Below the pieces are notes generated by a model that saw nothing but the letters and a program-made list of their open reading frames with translations, was not told the DNA's origin and searched no databases. Position numbers and translations under genes: made by a program. Shown piece by piece: positions 18,653-27,432 of a stretch of DNA of 64,000 nucleotides. The stretch lies in assembly GCA_039811745.1 (NCBI GenBank), contig JBDHZH010000008.1, positions 1,042-65,041 on the forward strand, written 5' to 3'. The stretch comes from Arachnia sp. Its GTDB lineage: Bacteria; Actinomycetota; Actinomycetes; Propionibacteriales; Propionibacteriaceae. Position 1 is the stretch's first letter; each line of letters starts with the position of its first letter.

Positions 18653-20176
18653 TCAGGCCTCGTCGGCCTCGACGTTCTTCGGGGCCTTCTTCGCAGCCGC
18701 CTTCTTCTTCGGCTTCTCTGCGACGACCTCCTCCTCGGCTGCGGCGTCCTGGGCTGCAGGCTCGTCGACGGCCACGATGGAGGAACTGGCGATGTCCGCT
18801 GGGGACGCAGGCTCGGTGGCCACCTCCACGCTCTCGGCGACCTGCTCGGCCTCCGGACGCGGGAACTCGATGACGTTGCCGCTCGCGTCCCTCACCGTCG
18901 CAGCCAGACACATGGCGGCCAGGGCCTTGCCGCGACGGATCTCCTGCATCCAATCACCCATGTGGTTGTGCTCCATCATGTGGTTGATCTCGTCCTGCGG
19001 CGAGGTGCGGTTCTCCTGCGCCTTGCGGAAGATGAGCTCGGTCAGTTCCTGCTGGGAGACGTCGATCTGGTTCTCGTCCGCGAACTTGTCGAGCAGGATC
19101 TGAGCACGCAGGGCCTGCTCGGAACGCTCATCGATCCCGGCCCAGAACTCCTCGGCAGTCTCGGCATCCTCGTCGTCTGCGCTCTCGAGGTAGGCCTCGA
19201 CCGTCAGGCCTGCAGAGGCCAACTGGTTCTCGATCTGGGCCCGGCGCTGCTCGAGCTCGCCGGCCAGGAGCTTCCCGGGAAGCTCGAAGGAGACGGACGC
19301 GATCGCGACCTCCAGCACCTTGTCGCGGGCCTCGGCCAACTGCTCGGCCTGACCCTGGGCGTCGACGGCCCTGCGCAGGTCCTCGCGCATCTCCTCGACC
19401 GTGTCGAACTCCGAGACGAGCTGTGCGAAGTCATCGTCGATCGCCGGGAGCTCCTGCTCCTGCACCTTCGTGACGGTGACCTCGATCTCGGCCTCCTGGC
19501 CGCGGAACGCGCCACCGACCAGCGTGGAGGTGAACGTCTTCGACTCCCCGGCCCTGAGACCGATCACGGCCTCGTCGAGGCCCTCGAGCATCCCCGCACC
19601 CCCACCGATCCGGTAGGTGACGTCGTCCGCCGTCGCATCCGTGAGCGGCGCACCGTCCTGCGAGGCCACCAGCGAGATGGAGAGCACGTCGCCGTCGGCG
19701 GCCGCACGATCGACGACGGTCAGCGTCGCGAAGCGCTGGCGCAGCATCTCGATGCGTTCGTCGACGGCACCATCGCCCACCTGGACGTCCTCGACGACGG
19801 CCTCGAGGGCGGAGAACTCGGGCAGGTCGAACTCGGGGCGCACGTCCACCTCTGCCGTGAACTCGACGAGGTCGTTGTCCTCAAGCTTGGTGATCTCGAC
19901 CTCGGGCTGCCCCATCGGGAAGACGCCCGCCTCGACGACGGCGTTCTGGTAGGCGCCGGGCAGCGCCTTGTCGATGGCCTCCTGGAGCACAACGCCACGG
20001 CCGAAGCGCTGGTCGATGACGGCCGGCGGCACCTTGCCCTTGCGGAAGCCGGGGATGCTGACCTGCTCGGCGATCTCCTTGTAGGCCTTCGCGAGGTGCG
20101 GCTTGAGCTCTTCGAACGGGATCTCGACGGTGAGCTTGACCCGTGTCGGGTTGAGCTGCTCTAGGGTGCTGGGCAC
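18653..20176 (-). CDS. tig: Trigger factor
   Basis: N-terminal ribosome-binding GFRKGKVP motif, 507 aa with an acidic/Ala-rich tail. GTG start with an AGGAGA SD. Confidence 0.95.
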   Translation of the reverse strand: MPSTLEQLNPTRVKLTVEIPFEELKPHLAKAYKEIAEQVSIPGFRKGKVPPAVIDQRFGRGVVLQEAIDKALPGAYQNAVVEAGVFPMGQPEVEITKLEDNDLVEFTAEVDVRPEFDLPEFSALEAVVEDVQVGDGAVDERIEMLRQRFATLTVVDRAAADGDVLSISLVASQDGAPLTDATADDVTYRIGGGAGMLEGLDEAVIGLRAGESKTFTSTLVGGAFRGQEAEIEVTVTKVQEQELPAIDDDFAQLVSEFDTVEEMREDLRRAVDAQGQAEQLAEARDKVLEVAIASVSFELPGKLLAGELEQRRAQIENQLASAGLTVEAYLESADDEDAETAEEFWAGIDERSEQALRAQILLDKFADENQIDVSQQELTELIFRKAQENRTSPQDEINHMMEHNHMGDWMQEIRRGKALAAMCLAATVRDASGNVIEFPRPEAEQVAESVEVATEPASPADIASSSIVAVDEPAAQDAAAEEEVVAEKPKKKAAAKKAPKNVEADEA

Positions 20177-20259
20177 GAAAGTTGTCTCCTGATGAGTTGG
20201 TGTTTCCGCACAATCCTAGTCGCGCGCACCGCGCGGCCTGTATGCTTTCCACGCACATT

Positions 20260-20333
20260 GCGGATGTAGCTCAATGGTAGAGCCCCAGTCTTCCAAACTG
20301 GCTACGCGGGTTCGATTCCCGTCATCCGCTCCA
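20260..20333 (+). tRNA. tRNA-Gly (anticodon UCC), CCA encoded
   Basis: Cloverleaf folded by hand: acceptor GCGGATG/CATCCGC, D arm GCTC..GAGC, anticodon arm CCAGT-CTTCCAA-ACTGG, T arm GCGGG-TTCGATT-CCCGT. Confidence 0.9.
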
Positions 20334-20448
20334 AGGCGGCCGTGCCCACCGCACCGCGCTCAATCCGAGGAGTTCCTCAACCACGAGACGCCCATCACCA
20401 CCACGCGGGACCCCGCGGCAGCCGCCGCAGGGTCCATCGGCAGCTCGC

Positions 20449-21678
20449 TCACCAGTCGTGGACCGTTCCATCGACCAGCCGGTTGTAGGGCAGGTAGGCC
20501 TGCTGGTATGGGAACGCGTTCGCGGCCTCGACGTTGAACTCCACCCCGATGCCCGGCCTGTCGCCCGGGTGCAGGTAGCCGTCGGTGAAGGTCATCGACT
20601 GCTCGAACACCTGGTTGGTGGCGTCGGAGTGCTGCATGTACTCCTGGATGCCGTAGTTGTGGATCGCCAGCCCGACGTGCAGCTGCGCCGCGAAACCGAT
20701 GGGCGAGATGTCGGTGGGGCCATGGAAACCGGACTTGATCTGGTACTGGGCGGCGTAGTCCATGACCTTCTTCAGGGGCGAGATGCCGCCGAAGTGCGTG
20801 GACGCGGCGCGGACGTAGTCGATCAGCTGCTCGCGGATGAGGGTCTGGAAGTCCCAGACGGTGTTGAAGATCTCGCCGATCGCCAGCGGCGTCGTGGTGT
20901 GCTGACGGACGAGCCTCAGGGCGTCCTGGTTCTCGGCCGGGGTGCAGTCCTCCAGCCAGAACAGGTCGTAGGGTTCCAGCGCCTTGCCGAGCTTGGCGGC
21001 CTGGATGGGTGTCATGCGGTGGTGCCCGTCGTGCAGGAGCGGCAGCTCCGGGCCGAACTCGCCCCGGACGGCCTCGAACACCGTCGGGAGGTGGCGCAGG
21101 TAGGCGCGGGTGTCCCAGTCCTCCTCCGTGGGGAACGCCCCACGGCCGGCGGGCTCATAGTCGTAGCGCGCACCGGACGACTGCTTCTGGGCGGCCACGC
21201 CGTACACGGCCTTGATGCCGGGGACGGCGGTCTGGACGCGGATGGACTTGTAGCCCTTCTCGAGATGTTCGCGGATCGAATCGAACAGGGAGGGAATATC
21301 GGTGCCGGAGGCGTGTCCGTAGGCGCGCAGGCCCGTGCGGGAGGCACCGCCGAGCAGCTGGTAGACGGGCAGGTTCGCCACCTTGCCCTTGATGTCCCAC
21401 AGCGCCATGTCCACCGCCGCGATCGCCGCCATGGTGACCGGGCCGCGCCGCCAGTAGGACGAGCGGTAGAGGAACTGCCAGGTGTCCTCGATGCGGTGCG
21501 GGTCCTTGCCGATGAGCAGTTGGGCGACATGCTCCTTCAGGTAGCCGGCAACCGCCAGCTCGCGGCCGTTCAGGGTGGCGTCGCCGATGCCGACGACGCC
21601 GTCGTCGGTCTCCACGCGCAGGGTGACGAAGTTGCGCGACGGGCTGGTCACGAACACTTCCGCCTCGATGATCTTCAT
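20449..21678 (-). CDS. manD: D-mannonate dehydratase of the enolase superfamily (ManD-type)
   Basis: 409 aa. [40 protein letters not shown]... and [21 protein letters not shown] are characteristic of ManD subgroup enzymes. GAGGAG SD. Confidence 0.85.
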   Translation of the reverse strand: MKIIEAEVFVTSPSRNFVTLRVETDDGVVGIGDATLNGRELAVAGYLKEHVAQLLIGKDPHRIEDTWQFLYRSSYWRRGPVTMAAIAAVDMALWDIKGKVANLPVYQLLGGASRTGLRAYGHASGTDIPSLFDSIREHLEKGYKSIRVQTAVPGIKAVYGVAAQKQSSGARYDYEPAGRGAFPTEEDWDTRAYLRHLPTVFEAVRGEFGPELPLLHDGHHRMTPIQAAKLGKALEPYDLFWLEDCTPAENQDALRLVRQHTTTPLAIGEIFNTVWDFQTLIREQLIDYVRAASTHFGGISPLKKVMDYAAQYQIKSGFHGPTDISPIGFAAQLHVGLAIHNYGIQEYMQHSDATNQVFEQSMTFTDGYLHPGDRPGIGVEFNVEAANAFPYQQAYLPYNRLVDGTVHDW

Positions 21679-21757
21679 GGTTGGCTCCTCTCATGGCGCG
21701 CCTGCGCGCCTCTGTGGCTGGGTGGGTGTGATGTCGGTTGGGTTGGCGGTCCGGTTG

Positions 21758-23173
21758 TCAGGCGTCGAAGGTGCCGCGCAGCTCCTGGACGGCCGCCACG
21801 ACCGCGGACTCGGCCGCGAGTCCCTCGTCGACCAGTCCCAGGAGTGCCTGCGTCTGCTCGGGGGACGCCTCGGAGGAGGCGATGCCGGCGATGAGCCGGG
21901 ACTTGGGGTCCCTGACCTCCTCGCCGGCGGCGACCTGCCTGCAGAGCCTGTCCATCCAGGCGGCCAGCGGACGCAGCGACGCCGTCCCGGCGCGGCCTGC
22001 CGCCTGCTCCGCCCGGAAGACCGGGACGGCCCGGGCGGCAAGTTTCAGTGACCCGTCCATGCCGATCTGGGACAGGACGTGGACGATCCGGCGGTTCTCG
22101 AAGCGCTCCCGCAGCGCGGCGCGGTAGGCGGGGATGTCCAGGCCGGGAGCCGTCAGGTGACCCGCGGCCTCGTCCCAGAAGCCCTCGACCCAGCGCGACA
22201 CGACGGGGTCGGCCAGTGCCCCGGAGACGGTCTCGTGTCCGCGGAGCGCCGCTGCATAGGCCATGAGCGAGTGGGAGCCATTCAGCAGCCACAGCTTGCG
22301 GCGCTCGAAGGGCTCGAGGTCATCCACGAAGCTGGCACCTGCCCTCTCCCACGCGGGACGCCCGCCCGGGAACTCGCCGGCCAGCACCCACGACACGAAC
22401 GGTTCCGTGATGACGGGGCTGACGTCGTCGTATCCCGTCACCTCGGCGACCGTCCGCCTGTCCTCCTCTGTGGTGCGCGGGGTGATGCGGTCGATGGAGG
22501 AGTCCACGAACGAGACGTTGTCACCGATCCAGGACTCGAGCAGCGGATCCACGAGCCGGGCGGTCCCCAGCACGGCGGCCCGGGTCGCTGCCCCGTTGGC
22601 CGGCAGGTTGTCGCACGAGACGATGGCCAGCGGCCTGCCGTCGGCCGCGCGGCGGGCGGCCAGCGCAAGGACCAGTCGTCCCGCGGCCGTCCTGACGGTG
22701 CCGCCGTCCAGCTCTGCGTGGCCGGCCGTGACGTCGTCGTGCCTTGAGCGCAGGGCCTCGATGTCGGCCCGGACCACGGGGTCGTCGGTGTCCAGTTCGG
22801 AGGCACCCGGGCGCAGGTGGTACCCGGCCTCCGTGATGGTCAGGGTCACGACCGCGACCTCGGGACGGCGCAGCAGGTCGCTCAGGGCGCCCAGGTCGGC
22901 CCCGTCGTGCGCCTCGACGATGGAGGTGATCACCTCGCAGCTGTCACGCTCCGGGCCGCGTTCGACCACCGTGTAGAGCCCGTCCTGGGAGGCCAGCTGC
23001 TGGGCGGCCAGCGGGCTGCGGCCGGTGAAGGCCGCTATCCCCCAACCGTCGCCGGCGCGCTGCGTGTACCAGGCCTGGTGGGCACGATGGAAGGCACCGA
23101 GGCCGAGGTGGACGATGCGCGCCTGCGGCCTCGTGCCGGCGTCGTACGTCCTGGAGTTGAGTGGACGGGTCAT
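21758..23173 (-). CDS. uxuB: Mannitol-dehydrogenase-family oxidoreductase, probable fructuronate/D-mannonate oxidoreductase
   Basis: In-frame part of ORF 21758..23308(-). N-terminal IVHLGLGAFHRAHQAWY dinucleotide motif. The context with manD suggests uxuB. ATG 23173 overlaps the upstream stop (ATGA). Confidence 0.75.
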   Translation of the reverse strand: MTRPLNSRTYDAGTRPQARIVHLGLGAFHRAHQAWYTQRAGDGWGIAAFTGRSPLAAQQLASQDGLYTVVERGPERDSCEVITSIVEAHDGADLGALSDLLRRPEVAVVTLTITEAGYHLRPGASELDTDDPVVRADIEALRSRHDDVTAGHAELDGGTVRTAAGRLVLALAARRAADGRPLAIVSCDNLPANGAATRAAVLGTARLVDPLLESWIGDNVSFVDSSIDRITPRTTEEDRRTVAEVTGYDDVSPVITEPFVSWVLAGEFPGGRPAWERAGASFVDDLEPFERRKLWLLNGSHSLMAYAAALRGHETVSGALADPVVSRWVEGFWDEAAGHLTAPGLDIPAYRAALRERFENRRIVHVLSQIGMDGSLKLAARAVPVFRAEQAAGRAGTASLRPLAAWMDRLCRQVAAGEEVRDPKSRLIAGIASSEASPEQTQALLGLVDEGLAAESAVVAAVQELRGTFDA

Positions 23174-23643
23174 GGCTTCAACGCCTTTCTTGGGGCACGG
23201 TCGACCGGTTCGACGATGATGTCCGCTGCGCGCTCCTCCGTCAGGCGATGCTCGGCAACCAATCTGCCGAGCACCTGACGCTCCACCACCGGGGACTTGC
23301 GTGCACATGACAGGACGGTGGTGTAACCGCTCCCGGAGGCCTCCTCCTCCACGCCGCGCATCACCTCGGAGAAGACGGGATTGGAGATGTCGGCAACCAC
23401 CAGTGCCAAGGTTCGGTGCATGCCGGGGCCGTCAGGCCGCGGCACATGAAGTTCGACGAAACGACATCCGAGCTCGGCCGCAACTTCGCGGACACGACGA
23501 GCCGTCCGGTGGCAGACCCGACCGGGGCGGGCAATGGTTCGCGACACCGCGGATGCCGACACACCAGCCGCCTTGGCCACGTCGCAGATGGTCGCAGGCC
23601 GAGCAGCCGGCTCATTCGTAGTCACCTGCCCATCGTGCACCAC
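23170..23643 (-). pseudogene. Truncated LacI-family regulator (HTH plus only the first third of the effector domain)
   Basis: ATICDVAKAAGVSASAVSRTIARPGRV...AAELG HTH, then LALVVADISNPVFSEVMRGVEE...GYTTVL, then the family similarity stops. 157 aa against about 330-340 aa for intact members (compare 43553..44557). Confidence 0.6.
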
Positions 23644-23703
23644 TTGCGATCAGACCACCCGCATCCCTGTCGGCAACCCCTGCATCGCATAGAGTGACTC
23701 GGC

Positions 23704-24078
23704 ATGGGGTTCATCCTGAAGGTGATTGCCGGCGCGCTGGGAACCGCGCTTGCCGTTTGGATCGTGCCCGGCATCACCCTGACACCGACGGACAGGCAGG
23801 AGCAGATCCTGACGCTGCTCGGCGTCTCCCTCATCCTCGGCCTCGTCAACGCCTTCGTGCGGCCGTTCGCGCAGGTCGCGGGCTTCTGCCTCATCATTCT
23901 CACGCTCGGCGCGTTCCTGCTGGTGATCAACGCCGGGATGCTGATGCTGGTCTCCTCCATCTCCGGCGAGTTGGGCCTCGGGTTCCACGTCGACGGGTTC
24001 TGGCCGGCACTGCTCGGGTCAGTGATCATCAGTCTCACCTCGGCCGGCGTCGGTGCCGCCTTCAGTCACGAAGGGTGA
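23704..24078 (+). CDS. Phage-holin-family-4 / YvlD-like 4-TM membrane protein
   Basis: 124 aa with four hydrophobic helices. The LGLVNAFVRPF...LTLGAFLLVINAGMLML...GFHVDGFW pattern is typical of this family. Confidence 0.7.
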   Translation: MGFILKVIAGALGTALAVWIVPGITLTPTDRQEQILTLLGVSLILGLVNAFVRPFAQVAGFCLIILTLGAFLLVINAGMLMLVSSISGELGLGFHVDGFWPALLGSVIISLTSAGVGAAFSHEG

Positions 24079-24139
24079 GCCGGGGTTCGTCCGACGCACG
24101 CTCCTTGCAGTAGACTCGCCGGAGCCCGCACAAGGGCAC

Positions 24140-24215
24140 CGGGGCGTAGCGTAGTGGCTAGCGCGCCTGCTTTGGGAGCAGGAGATCGCAGGTTCGAGTC
24201 CTGTCGCCCCGACCA
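24140..24215 (+). tRNA. tRNA-Pro (anticodon UGG), CCA encoded
   Basis: Acceptor CGGGGCG/CGCCCCG, anticodon arm CCTGC-TTTGGGA-GCAGG, T arm GCAGG-TTCGAGT-CCTGT, 76 nt. Confidence 0.9.
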
Positions 24216-24647
24216 GTGGACAGGCTTGTCAGACGCGACTCGGAGACAACCACCCACGCTGACCTGCCAGTTGCGTGCAACACATCTCATGGGAGGGTCG
24301 TTTGCCAAGTGCGGCGACAACCCACGGCGACGAATCACCAGCCATCTCACTCGACCTGCGGCGAGGCGTCAAGGAAGGCCTCGTCCGGCAGATGTCCACC
24401 GCGTTGCCGATGGCCTCCTCGCTCCGGTTGTTCGAGTTGCTCCCGAAGCTGCCGACCTGGGACGTCAGTTGGGCCCACCCGCCGGCCACAAGTCAGCACC
24501 CTCGAACCACGCTTCGAGGCGCGCGACGACGAGCCGACGGCGTGTGGAAACCTCCGGCGGGTTCGTGTGTGGGCACGGTTCTGGTGGTCGGGTTGGCCAC
24601 TTGGGTGCGGGTGGTTTCGACACGCGCCGGCTCCTTCGTCGCGGGCG

Positions 24648-24884
24648 CTACTCAACCCGCGGAGCAGCGGGCGCCTCAACCCGCGGAGCAGCGGGCGCCT
24701 CAACCAGCGTCGGGAGGAGGATCGCACCCGTACCCGCGGACGGCTCGACCGCGGTGAGGGGACCCAGGTCCCTCTCGGCTCGGTACTCCGTGAGGTCAAG
24801 GAGCGCGTCCACAACCCAGCGACGAGTGAACACCTCACCGTAGTTCTGGGGTGCCCCTGGGTCGCTGATCGCGCTCACCCCCAC
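24648..24884 (-). pseudogene. N-terminal fragment of a gamma-class N6-adenine DNA methyltransferase (TaqI/Eco57I-like)
   Basis: 78-aa ORF: YGEVFTRRWVVDALLDL...LTAVEPSAGTGAILLP resembles the FTP-type N-terminal motif (Pro replaced by Arg) plus SAM motif I (EPxxGxGxF/L). The frame then runs into the tandem repeat (VEAPAAPR x2) and stops. No catalytic NPPY region follows. Confidence 0.5.
24651..24705. repeat. Tandem direct repeat, 24-bp unit x2 plus partial copies
   Basis: CTCAACCCGCGGAGCAGCGGGCGC occurs at 24651-24674 and again, perfectly, at 24675-24698, followed by CTCAACC. A partial GCGGGCGC precedes unit 1. Confidence 0.9.
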
Positions 24885-25046
24885 ACGATAGACGGCCGGA
24901 CCGACACCGCCGGTGAAGGACCCCGGCGAGGTTGCCGATGGTCACCCCGCCCTGATGTGCCGTGAAGGCACTCGATATTCTGGAAGTGGTCGTGACCCCG
25001 TCGGAGGTCAACCGTGCCCCCCGACGGCGAACAGCCAGGAGGAGTC

Positions 25047-25934
25047 ATGAACACTGACCAACTCAACCGCATCGCGAACGACAAGGGCTTCGTCGCCGCC
25101 CTGGACCAATCCGGCGGCAGCACCCCGGGAGCACTCACCCGCTACGGCATCGGTCCGGAGAAGTACTCGGGGGATGCGGAGATGTTCAACCTGATCCACG
25201 CCTTCCGGACGCGCATCATCACCAGTTCCGCCTTCACCGGTGACAAGGTGCTGGCCGCGATCCTGTTCGAGCAGACGATGGACCGCGACATCGACGACAT
25301 CGGAATCCCCGACTTCCTGTGGCACGTCAAGAACGTCGTCCCGTTCCTGAAGGTGGACAGGGGACTGGCGGAGGCCGCTGACGGCGTGAAGCTCATGAAG
25401 GACATGCCGGACCTGGATGCCCTGCTCGAACGCGGCCTGTCACGCCACGTGTTCGGCACGAAGATGCGTTCTCTTGTGCAGGGCGCCAACCCGGTGGGCA
25501 TCGAGGCCGTCCTCGACCAGCAGTTCGAGGTCGGCATGCGCATCCTCGACGCCGGCCTGATGCCGATCCTGGAACCCGAGGTGGACATCAAGGCGCCCGA
25601 CAAGGCGGAGGCCGAGGCGCTCGTCACCGCCGGCATCCTAGCCCGTCTCGGCGACCTGCCCGAAGGCCGTCAGGTCATGCTGAAGCTCACCATCCCCAGC
25701 GAGGCCGGCCTGTATTCGGACCTCATCGCGCATCCTGCGGTGCTCCGCGTCGTGGCGCTGTCGGGTGGTTACTCGCGAGAGGAGGCAAATCGCTTGCTCG
25801 CAGCCAACCACGGGCTCATCGCCAGCTTCAGCCGCGCACTGACCGAGGGCCTGAAGGTCGACATGACCGACGCCCAGTTCGACGCCGCGCTGGCGGCCTC
25901 GATCGGGTCCATCTACGAGGCCTCGACGACCTGA
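25047..25934 (+). CDS. Fructose-bisphosphate aldolase, class I
   Basis: MNTDQLNRIANDKGFVAALDQSGGSTP...VPFLKVDRGL matches Gram-positive Fda-type class I aldolases. Strong AGGAGG SD before ATG 25047. Confidence 0.9.
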   Translation: MNTDQLNRIANDKGFVAALDQSGGSTPGALTRYGIGPEKYSGDAEMFNLIHAFRTRIITSSAFTGDKVLAAILFEQTMDRDIDDIGIPDFLWHVKNVVPFLKVDRGLAEAADGVKLMKDMPDLDALLERGLSRHVFGTKMRSLVQGANPVGIEAVLDQQFEVGMRILDAGLMPILEPEVDIKAPDKAEAEALVTAGILARLGDLPEGRQVMLKLTIPSEAGLYSDLIAHPAVLRVVALSGGYSREEANRLLAANHGLIASFSRALTEGLKVDMTDAQFDAALAASIGSIYEASTT

Positions 25935-25959
25935 CCCGGCACGGCCTTCCGTGCGGGCG

Positions 25960-27327
25960 TCAGCGCTCCGCACGGAAGGCTGCGGCCAGTGTCAGCCAGG
26001 CGAGTTCCTCGCCGTCCGGTTCCCGGGCGTTGATCGCCAGCAGCCTCGAAGTCGTGCGGTCGACGGCCTGCGCCACCACGGGCAGGTCCGCCCCGCGCTC
26101 ACGCGTGGCCAGCCAGAGGCTTGCCAAGGCGACGCCACGCGCCCCGTGGATGGGAGGCGCGGAGGTGATCCTCCCGTGATCCACCCACTCCAGGACACGG
26201 TCGCGCAGCCGATCGTCGTCACGCATCAGCACGCCCCACCAGTCCGCGGACGGGCCCGACAAGCCGCCACGTGGTCGGAGTTGTTCCTCACCAAGTGCGA
26301 ACAGGATCGGGCCCAAGTCGGAGTCAGGCTGGGAGGCGATGAGGGAGTGGGCTGCCGTCTCGGCCTCCGCCCGCACTGGCAGGTCGGTCAACACCGCTGC
26401 GCGGAACCCGGCGAGCACCCCCCACATGTTCGGCGACTCCAGGGAGGCGCCAAGCAAGCGGTCGAGGTTGTCCAGCCAGGGCAGATCTCTCCTTCTGACG
26501 AACTCGCTTGCCCCCAGATCCAGCCATGCGGCTTGCCCCGCATCCGGGGTGAGCGCGGCGGCGGTCATCGCGACCACCGCGAGCGGAGGGTGCCAGCCGA
26601 CCTCGAAGCCTGTCGTGCCGCGAGCGTCCGACAGCGTCACGCGGTGGACGCCTGCTGGACCAGTCAGGACGGTGTCGTCGTCCACCTGCTGCACCGAAAG
26701 GCCGGGCGCGGTGAGAGCCGAGTCGGGGGCCCGCAGCACCATCGCCTCCCCCACCGGCAGGAAACAACTCTCGGGCAGCCACGCCGGGTCCTCCGGCAGG
26801 TTGCCCGTGGACGACGGCTCCAGCCGCCACCCGACGCCCAGCGCCATGCCCGGTGGGACCCACGCCGGTCCGCCCAGCACGGCGATCCCGCCCTGCTCGG
26901 CTCCTTCCTGGGCGATGGAACAGTTCCCTCGCCACTGCCGCCACACGCCGCCGCCATCCGCCCCGGGGAGCAGGACCCGCCCGGTGGCTCCGGCGAGCCA
27001 CGGCAATTGCGGTCCCGGCGTCTCCAGGACGAGCACGGGTGAGTCGACGAGGACCGGGGAGTCGCCCGTGTTCCCGACCTCGATGTCGATCCCCGCCCTG
27101 GGCAGGCTCCTCAGCAGTACGCGGAGCCGCATGGGCCCGTCGAAGAAGAGTGCCTCGTCCTCGTCCGTCCCGTCACCGTAGGGGACCCACCCCTCAGGCA
27201 GGTGCAGTTCGAGGGCGGAGACGAGACGGTCGCCCACACCCACACGCAGGGTGCGTCCCCGAGCAGAGGCGTTCATGCGGGAGGAACCCACCGGGTCCGG
27301 TGACGATCGACCGAGCACACAGGGCAT
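25960..27327 (-). CDS. Hypothetical protein (up to 455 aa), no recognisable domain
   Basis: Long ORF with GC-rich third positions and a non-repetitive, Trp/Leu/Ala-rich soluble sequence. Start uncertain (ATG 27327 or 27276; neither has a clear SD). Confidence 0.55.
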   Translation of the reverse strand: MPCVLGRSSPDPVGSSRMNASARGRTLRVGVGDRLVSALELHLPEGWVPYGDGTDEDEALFFDGPMRLRVLLRSLPRAGIDIEVGNTGDSPVLVDSPVLVLETPGPQLPWLAGATGRVLLPGADGGGVWRQWRGNCSIAQEGAEQGGIAVLGGPAWVPPGMALGVGWRLEPSSTGNLPEDPAWLPESCFLPVGEAMVLRAPDSALTAPGLSVQQVDDDTVLTGPAGVHRVTLSDARGTTGFEVGWHPPLAVVAMTAAALTPDAGQAAWLDLGASEFVRRRDLPWLDNLDRLLGASLESPNMWGVLAGFRAAVLTDLPVRAEAETAAHSLIASQPDSDLGPILFALGEEQLRPRGGLSGPSADWWGVLMRDDDRLRDRVLEWVDHGRITSAPPIHGARGVALASLWLATRERGADLPVVAQAVDRTTSRLLAINAREPDGEELAWLTLAAAFRAER

Positions 27328-27432
27328 GGACGGTTGGTCGGCATGGAACCCACCCTAGATGATTGCGTCCAGGGGCTCAGTGGTCGCAGGTGGCCTCCAG
27401 ATCCCCACGGGAACGACAGGCACAGGAAGGGG

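Noticed and set aside
17250-18953. Single 567-aa ORF spanning clpP2, clpP1 and the tig terminator
   Set aside because: Only the last ~215 aa are ClpP-like. The upstream part is the out-of-frame shadow of clpP1, which has its own frame and start (17894..18520).
24083-24104. GGGTTCGTCCGACGCACGCTCC as a possible degenerate repeat of the tRNA-Gly 3' end (an att-like scar closing a tRNA-Gly island)
   Set aside because: Only about 16 matching positions, with two gaps needed. GGTTCG-type strings are common in this GC-rich sequence. Too weak without a proper alignment statistic.
24651-24705. The tandem 24-bp repeat as a possible CRISPR array or mini-array
   Set aside because: The units are directly adjacent with no spacers, there are only two full copies, and there are no cas genes in the window. 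It is a simple tandem duplication.
24154-24965. 229-aa and 249-aa + strand ORFs starting inside or next to tRNA-Pro
   Set aside because: They overlap the tRNA gene, are Arg/Pro/Gly-rich and have no motifs. The minus-strand methyltransferase fragment explains part of the region better.
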